Shown one piece after another: positions 56,733 through 64,000 of a stretch of DNA of 64,000 nucleotides (position 1 is its first letter; each line of letters starts with the position of its first letter). Location of the stretch: contig DATIYM010000007.1 in assembly GCA_035517615.1 (NCBI GenBank), forward strand, positions 166,402 to 230,401, written 5' to 3'. The position numbers and the translations under genes are program-made. The DNA is from Gemmatimonadales bacterium (GTDB taxonomy: Bacteria > Gemmatimonadota > Gemmatimonadetes > Gemmatimonadales > GWC2-71-9). Below the pieces are notes generated by a model. That model ran no database searches. It saw only the letters and a program-made list of their open reading frames with translations, and was not told the DNA's origin.

Positions 56733-57646
56733 CCGCTCTCGACCGGGTCGTGCTCGGTCAGGGCCGCGCCACGGGCGAGGCGCTCATCTGTCTGCTCGCG
56801 CGAGGCCACGTCCTGCTCGAGGGCGTCCCCGGCACGGCGAAGACGCTGCTCGTGCGGACGCTGTCGCTCGCGCTCGATGTCCGGTTTCAGCGCATTCAGT
56901 TCACGCCGGACTTGATGCCCGCCGACATTACCGGCGTCTCGCTGCTCTCGGGAACCCACGAATTCACGTTTCGCCCGGGACCCCTGTTCGCGGATCTCGT
57001 GCTGGCCGACGAGATCAACCGGGCGCCCGCAAAAACGCAGGCGGCGCTGCTCGAGGCGATGCAGGAACGTACAGTAACGGTCGACGGTGTGGCGCATCCG
57101 CTCTCGCGCACCTTTACCGTGTTCGCGACCGAGAATCCGGTCGAATTCGAAGGCACCTATCCACTCCCGGAAGCCGAGCTCGACCGATTCATGATGAAGG
57201 TGATGATCGACTATCCGTCGGCCGAGCTCGAGCAGGCGCTGCTCACGCGCTACAGCGAGGGATTCGAGGCCGACCGTCCGGACACCTACGGCGTCACTCC
57301 GCTCGCCGATGCCGCGGCGCTCGAACAGCTGCGGCGCGCGGCGGACGGGGTGCGGGTCGAGCCCCGGATCATCGAATACATCACCGCGATCGTCCGGGCC
57401 ACACGCACCGCCCCGGCCTTCACGCTGGGCGCGAGTCCGCGCGCGAGCGTGGCGTTGTTCAAGGCCGTGCGCGCCGCCGCGCTGCTCGAAAATCGGGACT
57501 ACGTCATTCCTGACGATGTGAAGCGGCTCGCTCCGGCTGTCCTGCGCCATCGCGTCGCCGTGGCTCCCGAGCTCGAGCTCGAAGGGACGACCCCGGATCT
57601 CGCGCTGCGCGCGCTGCTCGAGCACACTAAGGTCCCGACAGCCTGA
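56690..57646 (+). CDS. MoxR family AAA+ ATPase
   Basis: HVLLEGVPGTAKT (Walker A), LADEINRAPAKTQAALLEAMQE (Walker B/sensor), and FATENP. An internal ATG at 56690 overlaps the upstream gene by 43 nt. Confidence 0.9.
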   Translation: MGGASTAHDAQAVLTALDRVVLGQGRATGEALICLLARGHVLLEGVPGTAKTLLVRTLSLALDVRFQRIQFTPDLMPADITGVSLLSGTHEFTFRPGPLFADLVLADEINRAPAKTQAALLEAMQERTVTVDGVAHPLSRTFTVFATENPVEFEGTYPLPEAELDRFMMKVMIDYPSAELEQALLTRYSEGFEADRPDTYGVTPLADAAALEQLRRAADGVRVEPRIIEYITAIVRATRTAPAFTLGASPRASVALFKAVRAAALLENRDYVIPDDVKRLAPAVLRHRVAVAPELELEGTTPDLALRALLEHTKVPTA

Positions 57647-57648
57647 CG

Positions 57649-58980
57649 ATGCCGTACGTGTTTCCGCTGCCCACGCGAGCGGCGCTCGCCGTGGCCGCGG
57701 CATTCGCCGTCGTCGCGCTCGGCGGCATCTGGTTTGCCTCGGCCCTGAATCTGCTCCTCTTCTTCGATATCCTCCTGCTCCTCGGGGTCTGGTTCGATGC
57801 GCTCCGCGCGCCCCAGCCCGCACCGTATGCAATCACCGTCGAACGCGAATCCGCTCCGACGTTCACCGTGGGCCACGAGAGCGTGGTGACCTACCGCTGG
57901 GCGAACCAGGCACACCGCACGGCCCGGCTGCGTGTGCGGGAGGTGCGTCCCGACATTCTGGGCGGCGTCTTGCCTCCGCGCATCCTCGAGATCCCAGCTG
58001 GCGCCGAGCTGGTCGAGACCTCGCGCGTCGTACCGGTCTCGAGAGGCCGAGCCCACGGCGGGGCGTTCGTGGTCGAGAGCGTGGGGCCGTGGAGGCTCGG
58101 CCGGAGCCGGTCCCAGGTGCCGCTTCCCTGGGAGGCCACGGTGTATCCCGCGTCACCTCTGCGCGCGCGGCACGGCGCCGTTTCCGGCGTGCAACGGCGC
58201 CGCGAGCCCGGATCCGCGGCCGCGCGCAGACTGGGCGAAGGGCGCCTGTTCGAATCGCTGCGCGACTTCGTTGCGGGAGATGATCCGCGGCACATCGACT
58301 GGAAAGCCACCGCCCGGCGCCGCAAAGTCATCGCGCGCCAGTTCCAGGCGGAGCGGCGCCAGCATGTTCTCCTCGTACTCGATTGCGGCCGGCTCTTGAG
58401 CGCCGAGCTCGCGGGGCGCGCCGCGCTCGAGTACGCGGTGCAGGGAGCCGTCGAGCTGGCCCACGCGGCCATTCGGCAGGACGACGACGTCGGCGTGATG
58501 GCCTTCTCGGACGGCGTGCATCACTATGTCCCGCCACAGCGCGGCCGGCGCGCGCTGCGCGAGATCATGGATGTCCTCGCTCGCGTCGAGCCGCACCTCG
58601 TCGAGTCGGACTACCCGGGAGCCTTTCGCTACCTCGCCGTGCGCAATCGCAAGCGGGCGCTGACCGTGGTATTCACGGACGTCATCGACCGATTTGCGTC
58701 CGATGCCCTCGTTGCCAACGTCGCGAGTCTCAGACCACGGCATTTGCCCCTTGCCGTGACGCTCAGAAACCCCGATCTGGACCGGGCCGCGTTCCACCTC
58801 CCGCGCGACCGGCACGACGCTTTTCAGATTGCCGCGGCGCTCGAGCTGCTCCGCGCTCGCGGCGAGGCGCTCCTCCACATGCGTCGGGCCGGGGTCATGG
58901 TGTTGGACGTTCCCCCGGCCCGCGCCGCGCAAGCTGCGGCCGCACAATATCTTGAGTTGAAGCGTCGCGGCAGGCTCTAG
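57649..58980 (+). CDS. DUF58 (vWA-like) protein, MoxR partner
   Basis: Two N-terminal TM helices, then GDDPRHIDWKATARR (DUF58 hallmark) and a vWA-like VLLVLDCG...FSD...VVFTD pattern. Confidence 0.88.
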   Translation: MPYVFPLPTRAALAVAAAFAVVALGGIWFASALNLLLFFDILLLLGVWFDALRAPQPAPYAITVERESAPTFTVGHESVVTYRWANQAHRTARLRVREVRPDILGGVLPPRILEIPAGAELVETSRVVPVSRGRAHGGAFVVESVGPWRLGRSRSQVPLPWEATVYPASPLRARHGAVSGVQRRREPGSAAARRLGEGRLFESLRDFVAGDDPRHIDWKATARRRKVIARQFQAERRQHVLLVLDCGRLLSAELAGRAALEYAVQGAVELAHAAIRQDDDVGVMAFSDGVHHYVPPQRGRRALREIMDVLARVEPHLVESDYPGAFRYLAVRNRKRALTVVFTDVIDRFASDALVANVASLRPRHLPLAVTLRNPDLDRAAFHLPRDRHDAFQIAAALELLRARGEALLHMRRAGVMVLDVPPARAAQAAAAQYLELKRRGRL

Positions 58981-59046
58981 AGCGGTGCTGTTGGACCGGG
59001 AAACCCCGTCCTTTAGATTGGGGCCCGCTTTTCCCCGGGAAAATGG

Positions 59047-60663
59047 ATGGCACCGAAGGGTGTCGCGGCCGCCGCGGTCTGTCTCGTCGTCTCTCTCGCA
59101 GCCTGCGTGTATCCGGCCGAGCGGGATGCGGACGTGCATGTCACGCTCACCCCCCTCCACATCCTGCTGCGCGGCGGCGATACCGTGGCGACGGCTCGGG
59201 CATGGCAGATGATGGGCACGAACGACTCGGCGCCGATCTCAAACGTCGTGTTCACGTGGACGTCGAGTGATCCCGGAATCGCGACCGTAGATGCAAGTGG
59301 CCGCGTCGTGGGCGTCAATTCCGGTGTCGTCGTCATCACTGCCGCGGCGGCCAATTACGATCGGGAGTCGCGCGCCGCAAGCGAAACGCTGCGTGTCTCC
59401 GCGCCGCTCGAAATCGACAGTATCCGACCGAAAACGGTGCAGTACGGCCAAATGGTTGCGATCTACGGCGTGGGAGTGGATTCCATTTTTTCCGCGACGC
59501 TGAGCGGCGCCCCGCTCATCCCGGTGCCCTATTCGGACACGGTGTATGCCGGCGGTACCGCGCGATCGAGATGGTGGGTCCCGCCGCCGGCACGCACTGA
59601 CTCATTGTTTTTCCTCGGCATCTCGGGAGGGAACGGCATCTTCGGGTACGTGCACGGCGACACCACGAACGTCCTCGAGCGCGATCTCTACGAGCCGAAT
59701 GACACGAATTTCCAGCTGCTCGACCTCGACGCCCCGCCACCGTTTCCTCAATACCCGGCCCTCGTGTTCTACAACCCGGCCCTCGCATTCGAAGTCCTAG
59801 GGCGGACCCAGAAGTCGGGAGCCGACTGGTATCGTCTGAAGCAGGCCGAGCAGCGCGATGTCACAGTCATCCTGTCGGCGCCCGATATCGCGGGCACGTT
59901 CGTCACCTACCTCACCGATTCACTGGGGTGGAGCAGCGCCGGGCAGAAGTTCGTGATCGGGCATGACTCCTGGACGTTCGGTCCCGGTATTCACGCCTGC
60001 CACGGACTGCCGTTCACACCGAGCGAAGCGATTGCCGACTCGACGGTCGTCGCGTTCAAGGCGCTTCGGGCGGGGACGCTCGACGCGCTCGCAGTCTACG
60101 CGAAAGCGGGGCGCTACGGCCTCGGCATCATCGCGGGGTACCAGAGCGAGCTCCCGGCCGATGCGCATGAAGACGACAATTCCTGCAATGCCGCGGACCT
60201 GCGCGGCGTTGCCGCTACGCCTTTCCGCGATACCCTGACGATCGAGAACCCGCACGACATGGACTGGATCCGGTTCCACTATACGAATCCGGGCCTGGGA
60301 TACACGGCGCAAATCCGCATGCACGCGTTCACCGGAATCCATCCCGACTCTCTCAAGGACCTGGATCTGTATGTGTTCGCGGTTCCCAACCCCGGCGATG
60401 TCGCGCTGCAGCTGCAGGCGGCCGATACGTCAGCGGGATCGGACGTAAATCTGCGACCCAATCTCGCCACAGGCGACTATTACCTGGCCGTCGTGGATTA
60501 CGCGGGGACCGCGACGACGTATGAGGTGTGCGTCGCGCCGGTGAACACGCTACTCGGCAACGGATCGTGCGCCGCGACGGGATTCCCCGCGCCTCCCGAG
60601 CGTGCGGCAATCAAGTCCGCAGTACGGCGCGCCGCCGCGCCGCGACTGCCACTCGCCCGATGA
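59047..60663 (+). CDS. lipoprotein with Big_2-like, IPT-like and two PPC (pre-peptidase C-terminal)-like modules
   Basis: Lipobox SLAAC. FTWTSSDPGIATVDASGRVVGVNSGVVVITA (Big_2). YEPNDT...ADWYRL and EDDNSCNAADL...DMDWIRF...GDYYLAVVDY (PPC-like). Confidence 0.75.
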   Translation: MAPKGVAAAAVCLVVSLAACVYPAERDADVHVTLTPLHILLRGGDTVATARAWQMMGTNDSAPISNVVFTWTSSDPGIATVDASGRVVGVNSGVVVITAAAANYDRESRAASETLRVSAPLEIDSIRPKTVQYGQMVAIYGVGVDSIFSATLSGAPLIPVPYSDTVYAGGTARSRWWVPPPARTDSLFFLGISGGNGIFGYVHGDTTNVLERDLYEPNDTNFQLLDLDAPPPFPQYPALVFYNPALAFEVLGRTQKSGADWYRLKQAEQRDVTVILSAPDIAGTFVTYLTDSLGWSSAGQKFVIGHDSWTFGPGIHACHGLPFTPSEAIADSTVVAFKALRAGTLDALAVYAKAGRYGLGIIAGYQSELPADAHEDDNSCNAADLRGVAATPFRDTLTIENPHDMDWIRFHYTNPGLGYTAQIRMHAFTGIHPDSLKDLDLYVFAVPNPGDVALQLQAADTSAGSDVNLRPNLATGDYYLAVVDYAGTATTYEVCVAPVNTLLGNGSCAATGFPAPPERAAIKSAVRRAAAPRLPLAR

Positions 60664-62225
60664 CGAGCAGCACGATGGAATGCATTCAGTGCCATACGCC
60701 GGTGCCGGCCAACAGCCGGTACTGCTCCGCGTGCGGAGCCGATCAGACGGGCGGTGGGGCAGCGCCGAATACCACGAATGCCGCCGCGCTCGAAGTGAGG
60801 TTGCAAGCCATCGTGCAGGGGAAGTACAAGATCGCGCGCATACTGGGGAAGGGCGGGATGGGCACCGTGTATCTCGCGCACGATATCACCCTCGAACGCG
60901 AAGTCGCGATCAAGGTCCTCCCACCTGATATCGGGCAGGATGAGCAAATTATCCGGCGCTTTCAGCAGGAGGCCAAGACGGCCGCGAAGCTCGACCATCC
61001 CAACATCATCCCGATCTATCGCGTCGAGAGCGAAGGTGGACTCAACTACTTCGTGATGAAGTACGTCTCGGGCACATCGCTTGAAGACGTGCTCGAAACG
61101 CGAGAACCGCTGGCGCTCGACTACATCCAGCGCGTGCTCTGGGAAGCCGGCTGTGCCCTGGGCCACGCGCATCAGCGCGGCGTGGTGCACCGGGATGTGA
61201 AGCCGGCCAACATCATGTTCGATCATGACGGTCGCGTGATGTTGGCCGACTTTGGAATCTCCAAAGCCTTGCAGGCCGCCACGGGATTCACCGCGACCGG
61301 AATGATCATCGGTACGCCGCACTACATGGCCCCGGAGCAGGCGAAGGGAACGCCGGTCGATGGGCGGGCCGACCAGTACTCGCTGGGCGTGGTTGGCTAC
61401 CGGATGATCACGGGTGAGCTGCCGTTCAGCGGCGACTCGATTCACACGATCCTCTACAAACAGATCTTCGAGCCCGTCCCGACCCCGAAGGCGCTGCGCG
61501 CCGAAATCCCGGGATTCCTTTCCGCCGCGATCACCCGGGCCATGTCCAAGGACCCGGAGCTGCGGTTTCCGACGATGGAGGCGTTCGCGACGGCGGTCTG
61601 GCCCGAGCAGCCGGTGTCGGCCGTGGCGACCACCACACCACAGCGCCCCATTCGCGGCCCCGGCACCCGCGCGGCGGCGGATGCGCCGACCCAGGTTTCG
61701 GTGCCGCCCGCCTATGCGGCGACCACGCCGCTGCCGGCCGCGCGTCAGCCGATCGCTCCCCCACCCAGACGCCGCTCGCATGCTGGTGTGATTGGTGTCG
61801 CGCTCGCTGCCGTTCTCGCGATCGGCGGCTACCTCGTGTTCGGACGTGGCGCAGAGCCTCAGGCTGCCACGCCAACGGTTCCCACGCATGTGGACACCGT
61901 GCGTTTGGCGGACACGGTCCGTGTTCCCGCCTCACCCTCCACCTCCCCGCCTCCCGCAGCACAACATCCGCGAGTGCGTGTGGCGCCGGTCGTGACGGCT
62001 CCCACCGACGCGCAGGGATATCTCACGGTCAATGCCGACCCCTACGGCGAGCTGTACGTGGATGGCATCGACGTGGGGCCCACCCCCGTGGTGCGGTACG
62101 CGGTACCGCGAGGTGGCCACACGATTCGCATCGTCCGCGAGGGATATCGGAGTATTACGGACCACGTACAGGTCGAGGCGGGAAACACCGTTCCCAAGCG
62201 GTATACGCTCATTCCCGAGGGATGA
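60660..62225 (+). CDS. Ser/Thr protein kinase with N-terminal zinc ribbon, TM helix and C-terminal PEGA domain
   Basis: The ATG at 60660 makes ATGA with the upstream stop. CIQCHTPVPANSRYCSACG. Kinase motifs GKGGMGTVY, VAIKVL, HRDVKPANI, DFG and APE. TM VIGVALAAVLAIGGYLVF. PEGA-like YLTVNADPYGELYVDG...GGHTIRIVREGY. Confidence 0.9.
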   Translation: MTSSTMECIQCHTPVPANSRYCSACGADQTGGGAAPNTTNAAALEVRLQAIVQGKYKIARILGKGGMGTVYLAHDITLEREVAIKVLPPDIGQDEQIIRRFQQEAKTAAKLDHPNIIPIYRVESEGGLNYFVMKYVSGTSLEDVLETREPLALDYIQRVLWEAGCALGHAHQRGVVHRDVKPANIMFDHDGRVMLADFGISKALQAATGFTATGMIIGTPHYMAPEQAKGTPVDGRADQYSLGVVGYRMITGELPFSGDSIHTILYKQIFEPVPTPKALRAEIPGFLSAAITRAMSKDPELRFPTMEAFATAVWPEQPVSAVATTTPQRPIRGPGTRAAADAPTQVSVPPAYAATTPLPAARQPIAPPPRRRSHAGVIGVALAAVLAIGGYLVFGRGAEPQAATPTVPTHVDTVRLADTVRVPASPSTSPPPAAQHPRVRVAPVVTAPTDAQGYLTVNADPYGELYVDGIDVGPTPVVRYAVPRGGHTIRIVREGYRSITDHVQVEAGNTVPKRYTLIPEG

Positions 62226-63274
62226 GAGCCATGCGATCAGTGCTCGGCCGGAGTCTGCTGCTCATGCTGGTGTGTTGGGGGCCTCTCGCCCCTCGACCAG
62301 GGGCCGCACAGACGCGAACCATGTTGCGTCAGGCGCAAGACGCGTACGATGCACTCGATTTCTCCCGCGCCGCGGTGCTCGCGCGGCGCGCGTTGACGGA
62401 ACGTTTGAGCGCCGCCGACCAGACACGGGCATATGAGCTGCTCGGCTTCTCGTACAGCGCGATCGATTCCCAGATCAAGGCGGTCGACGCGTTCAAGCAG
62501 ACGATTCTCCTCGATCCCGACCATCAGCTCGACGCGAACAAGGTCTCGCCCAAGATCACGAGCCTGTTCTATTCGGCGCTCGGGCAGGTACTCGTGGTCA
62601 GGCAACTGCGGGTCGACAGCGCAAAGTTCGTCAGCGGGCAGGGAGCCGTTCCGATCCGGTTCACGGTGACCAGCCCGGCGCGCATCCGCGTGCGCGCGGT
62701 CAACGCGAATACGTCGCTGGCCGTGGACTCAGCGGTGGGAACCGGTCAGTACACCGTCCGCTGGCCGGCGCAGCTTCCGAGCGGCGGCCCCGTGGGCGCC
62801 GGAACGTGGCTCCTCATTGTGGACGCGACCGCGGCGCAGACCACTTTCTCCGCCTCGCAGGCGGTGAACGTGAGCTATGGGGCCGTCGACACGTTGCCGC
62901 ATCTGACGAGCCTGCCCGGATACCAGGAGCTCCCGGAGATCGAGTATCCGCCGCAGAGCTGGCGACCGCTCGGTCTCTCGTTCCTCCTGGCGAGCGGCGC
63001 GGCGGTTGGGGCGTACGCGCTCAATAACGGCTCGCTCGGCTCGCCGCCAACGCGTGAGCTTGCCGTCGCGGCGAGCGCGGCGTTGATCACCGGGCTCATC
63101 ATGACCTTGCGGAAACCGGCGCCGCGCCCGGCCGAAGCCAACATCCGGTACAACCGATTGCTGCACGAACAGCTCTCCGGTCGTAACGCGGAGATCGCGA
63201 CCGAGAACGCGCGCCGCCGCCAGCAGGTGATGCTCGCGATCGTTCCGCAACGGCGGGAGACGGCCACCCGGTGA
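62222..63274 (+). CDS. secreted/membrane protein with TPR-like and FlgD-Ig-like regions and two C-terminal TM helices
   Basis: Signal peptide, TPR-like segment QAQDAYDALDFSRAAVLARRAL...AYELLGFSY, an Ig-like beta segment, and TM helices. ATGA overlap with the kinase gene. Confidence 0.65.
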   Translation: MRAMRSVLGRSLLLMLVCWGPLAPRPGAAQTRTMLRQAQDAYDALDFSRAAVLARRALTERLSAADQTRAYELLGFSYSAIDSQIKAVDAFKQTILLDPDHQLDANKVSPKITSLFYSALGQVLVVRQLRVDSAKFVSGQGAVPIRFTVTSPARIRVRAVNANTSLAVDSAVGTGQYTVRWPAQLPSGGPVGAGTWLLIVDATAAQTTFSASQAVNVSYGAVDTLPHLTSLPGYQELPEIEYPPQSWRPLGLSFLLASGAAVGAYALNNGSLGSPPTRELAVAASAALITGLIMTLRKPAPRPAEANIRYNRLLHEQLSGRNAEIATENARRRQQVMLAIVPQRRETATR

Positions 63275-63912
63275 GGCACGCCTCGGTTCTGGTTCTCCTC
63301 GCCGTATCCTGGGCCGCGCCGGCGGGCGCCCAGCACGCGAGCATCGGCCCCGCATTCGTATTCGCGGATTACCGGGAGGTCTCGCCCGATCTGCGATATG
63401 AAGGGGTCGGGCCCGGCGTCATCGCGCACTTCAGTTTCCACAGTGTCAGCCTCGAAGGGGGAGCGGCGTGGCTCGCGATGAGTCCGCACGGCGGGCTCGC
63501 AACGTCGGGGTTCCAGGCCGTGCAGCTCGATGGATGGCTCCGGTGGAAGGCAACCGATTACCTGTCGCTCGAAGCGGGTCTTACACATCAAGCGCCGGAC
63601 GATGAATTCGCGGCGCAGTCATTCGGCGCCGTCCGGATCGGGGCCCTGACGCAACACGCCCTCGGGCACGGCGCCACGATTGCGTTGCGGGGAGACTATC
63701 TCGGTGGCGCGCACTTCTCCGGAGGCGGAGAGGCGCCCCTCGCGATCGAGCTCGGGCTCATGGTGAACTGGGCGTTTTCGAGTCATGTGACGGCGCTCGT
63801 CGATTACGCCTTTCAGCGGCTCGACCGGACGACGCATCCGGGAGGCGGTCCCGAAACCGATGCGCCGCTCGAACAGTCGCGGGGGCGCATGGGGCTGGTC
63901 ATCGGGTTTTAG
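63271..63912 (+). CDS. small outer-membrane beta-barrel protein
   Basis: Signal peptide VLVLLAVSWAAPAGAQ, amphipathic beta strands, and C-terminal GLVIGF (terminal Phe). The GTG start makes GTGA with the upstream stop. Confidence 0.7.
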   Translation: MRHASVLVLLAVSWAAPAGAQHASIGPAFVFADYREVSPDLRYEGVGPGVIAHFSFHSVSLEGGAAWLAMSPHGGLATSGFQAVQLDGWLRWKATDYLSLEAGLTHQAPDDEFAAQSFGAVRIGALTQHALGHGATIALRGDYLGGAHFSGGGEAPLAIELGLMVNWAFSSHVTALVDYAFQRLDRTTHPGGGPETDAPLEQSRGRMGLVIGF

Positions 63913-64000
63913 CGTCTTAGGTTTTGGTCCTGAGCATTCGCGTGCCGGGGACCGAGCCTTTGTTGCCACTATGACGCTCCGTAGGACGATTTTCGTCGGA

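Overview
Visibly GC-rich (roughly two-thirds G+C by eye), very densely packed chromosomal segment of a diderm bacterium. Gene content fits a Gemmatimonadota/FCB-like lineage, but that cannot be verified without a database search. I call about 65 protein genes. I found no rRNA, tRNA, CRISPR array, transposase or integrase. Many long ORFs in the track are antisense or out-of-frame shadow ORFs typical of high-GC DNA, and many longest-ORF starts are wrong. The real starts often sit in 4-nt ATGA/GTGA overlaps with the upstream stop codon.

Layout:
(1) 1-5245: tgt-queA-ruvB-[57-aa Zn-ribbon micro-ORF]-ruvA-ruvC-yebC, all on the minus strand.
(2) 5387-7902: small lipoproteins plus a DnaB C-terminal-domain-only ATPase.
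(3) 7899-19574: an LPS/outer-membrane glycan locus (GT9, MsbA-like exporter, GT2, GT4, CgeB-like, methyltransferase, deacetylase) with an embedded orphan PorX-like receiver-PglZ response regulator.
(4) 19546-30478: patatin-ferredoxin fusion, class V aminotransferase, tyrS with a QLGN motif in place of HLGH, PBP1A, amidohydrolase, argR, an ARG-box operator, argG and argH.
(5) 30511-36444: HNH endonuclease coupled to a Cys-rich PCYCGC-like protein, then an NtrY/NtrX-like sigma54 two-component pair co-operonic with a bactofilin-like/Omp85-like fusion OMP and DUF4390.
(6) 36506-40997: yjbQ, a 334-nt low-GC non-coding gap, an NYN-LOTUS protein with a ~380-aa RGG-rich tail, mpg without a canonical start codon, and an OMP.
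(7) 41174-50347: kbl-tdh, CDF transporter, rlmI, aroH, thiE, mltG, ruvX, rho.
(8) 50493-63912: an envelope neighbourhood. It contains an M50 site-2 protease, a 69-aa stand-alone HisKA/DHp protein, an RDD-SpoIIM fusion, a membrane protein, DUF4129, DUF4350, MoxR, DUF58, a Big_2/PPC lipoprotein, a Zn-ribbon Ser/Thr kinase with a PEGA domain, a TPR/FlgD-Ig protein and a beta-barrel.

The best candidates for undescribed biology are the MoxR/DUF58/DUF4129/DUF4350/RDD-SpoIIM module with its flanking signalling genes, the NtrYX-OMP-DUF4390 operon, the PorX-like regulator inside the LPS locus, the NYN-LOTUS-RGG protein with its long leader, the patatin-ferredoxin fusion and the ruvA/ruvB-nested Zn-ribbon gene. 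All domain calls come from motif recognition by eye. None has been confirmed by a search.
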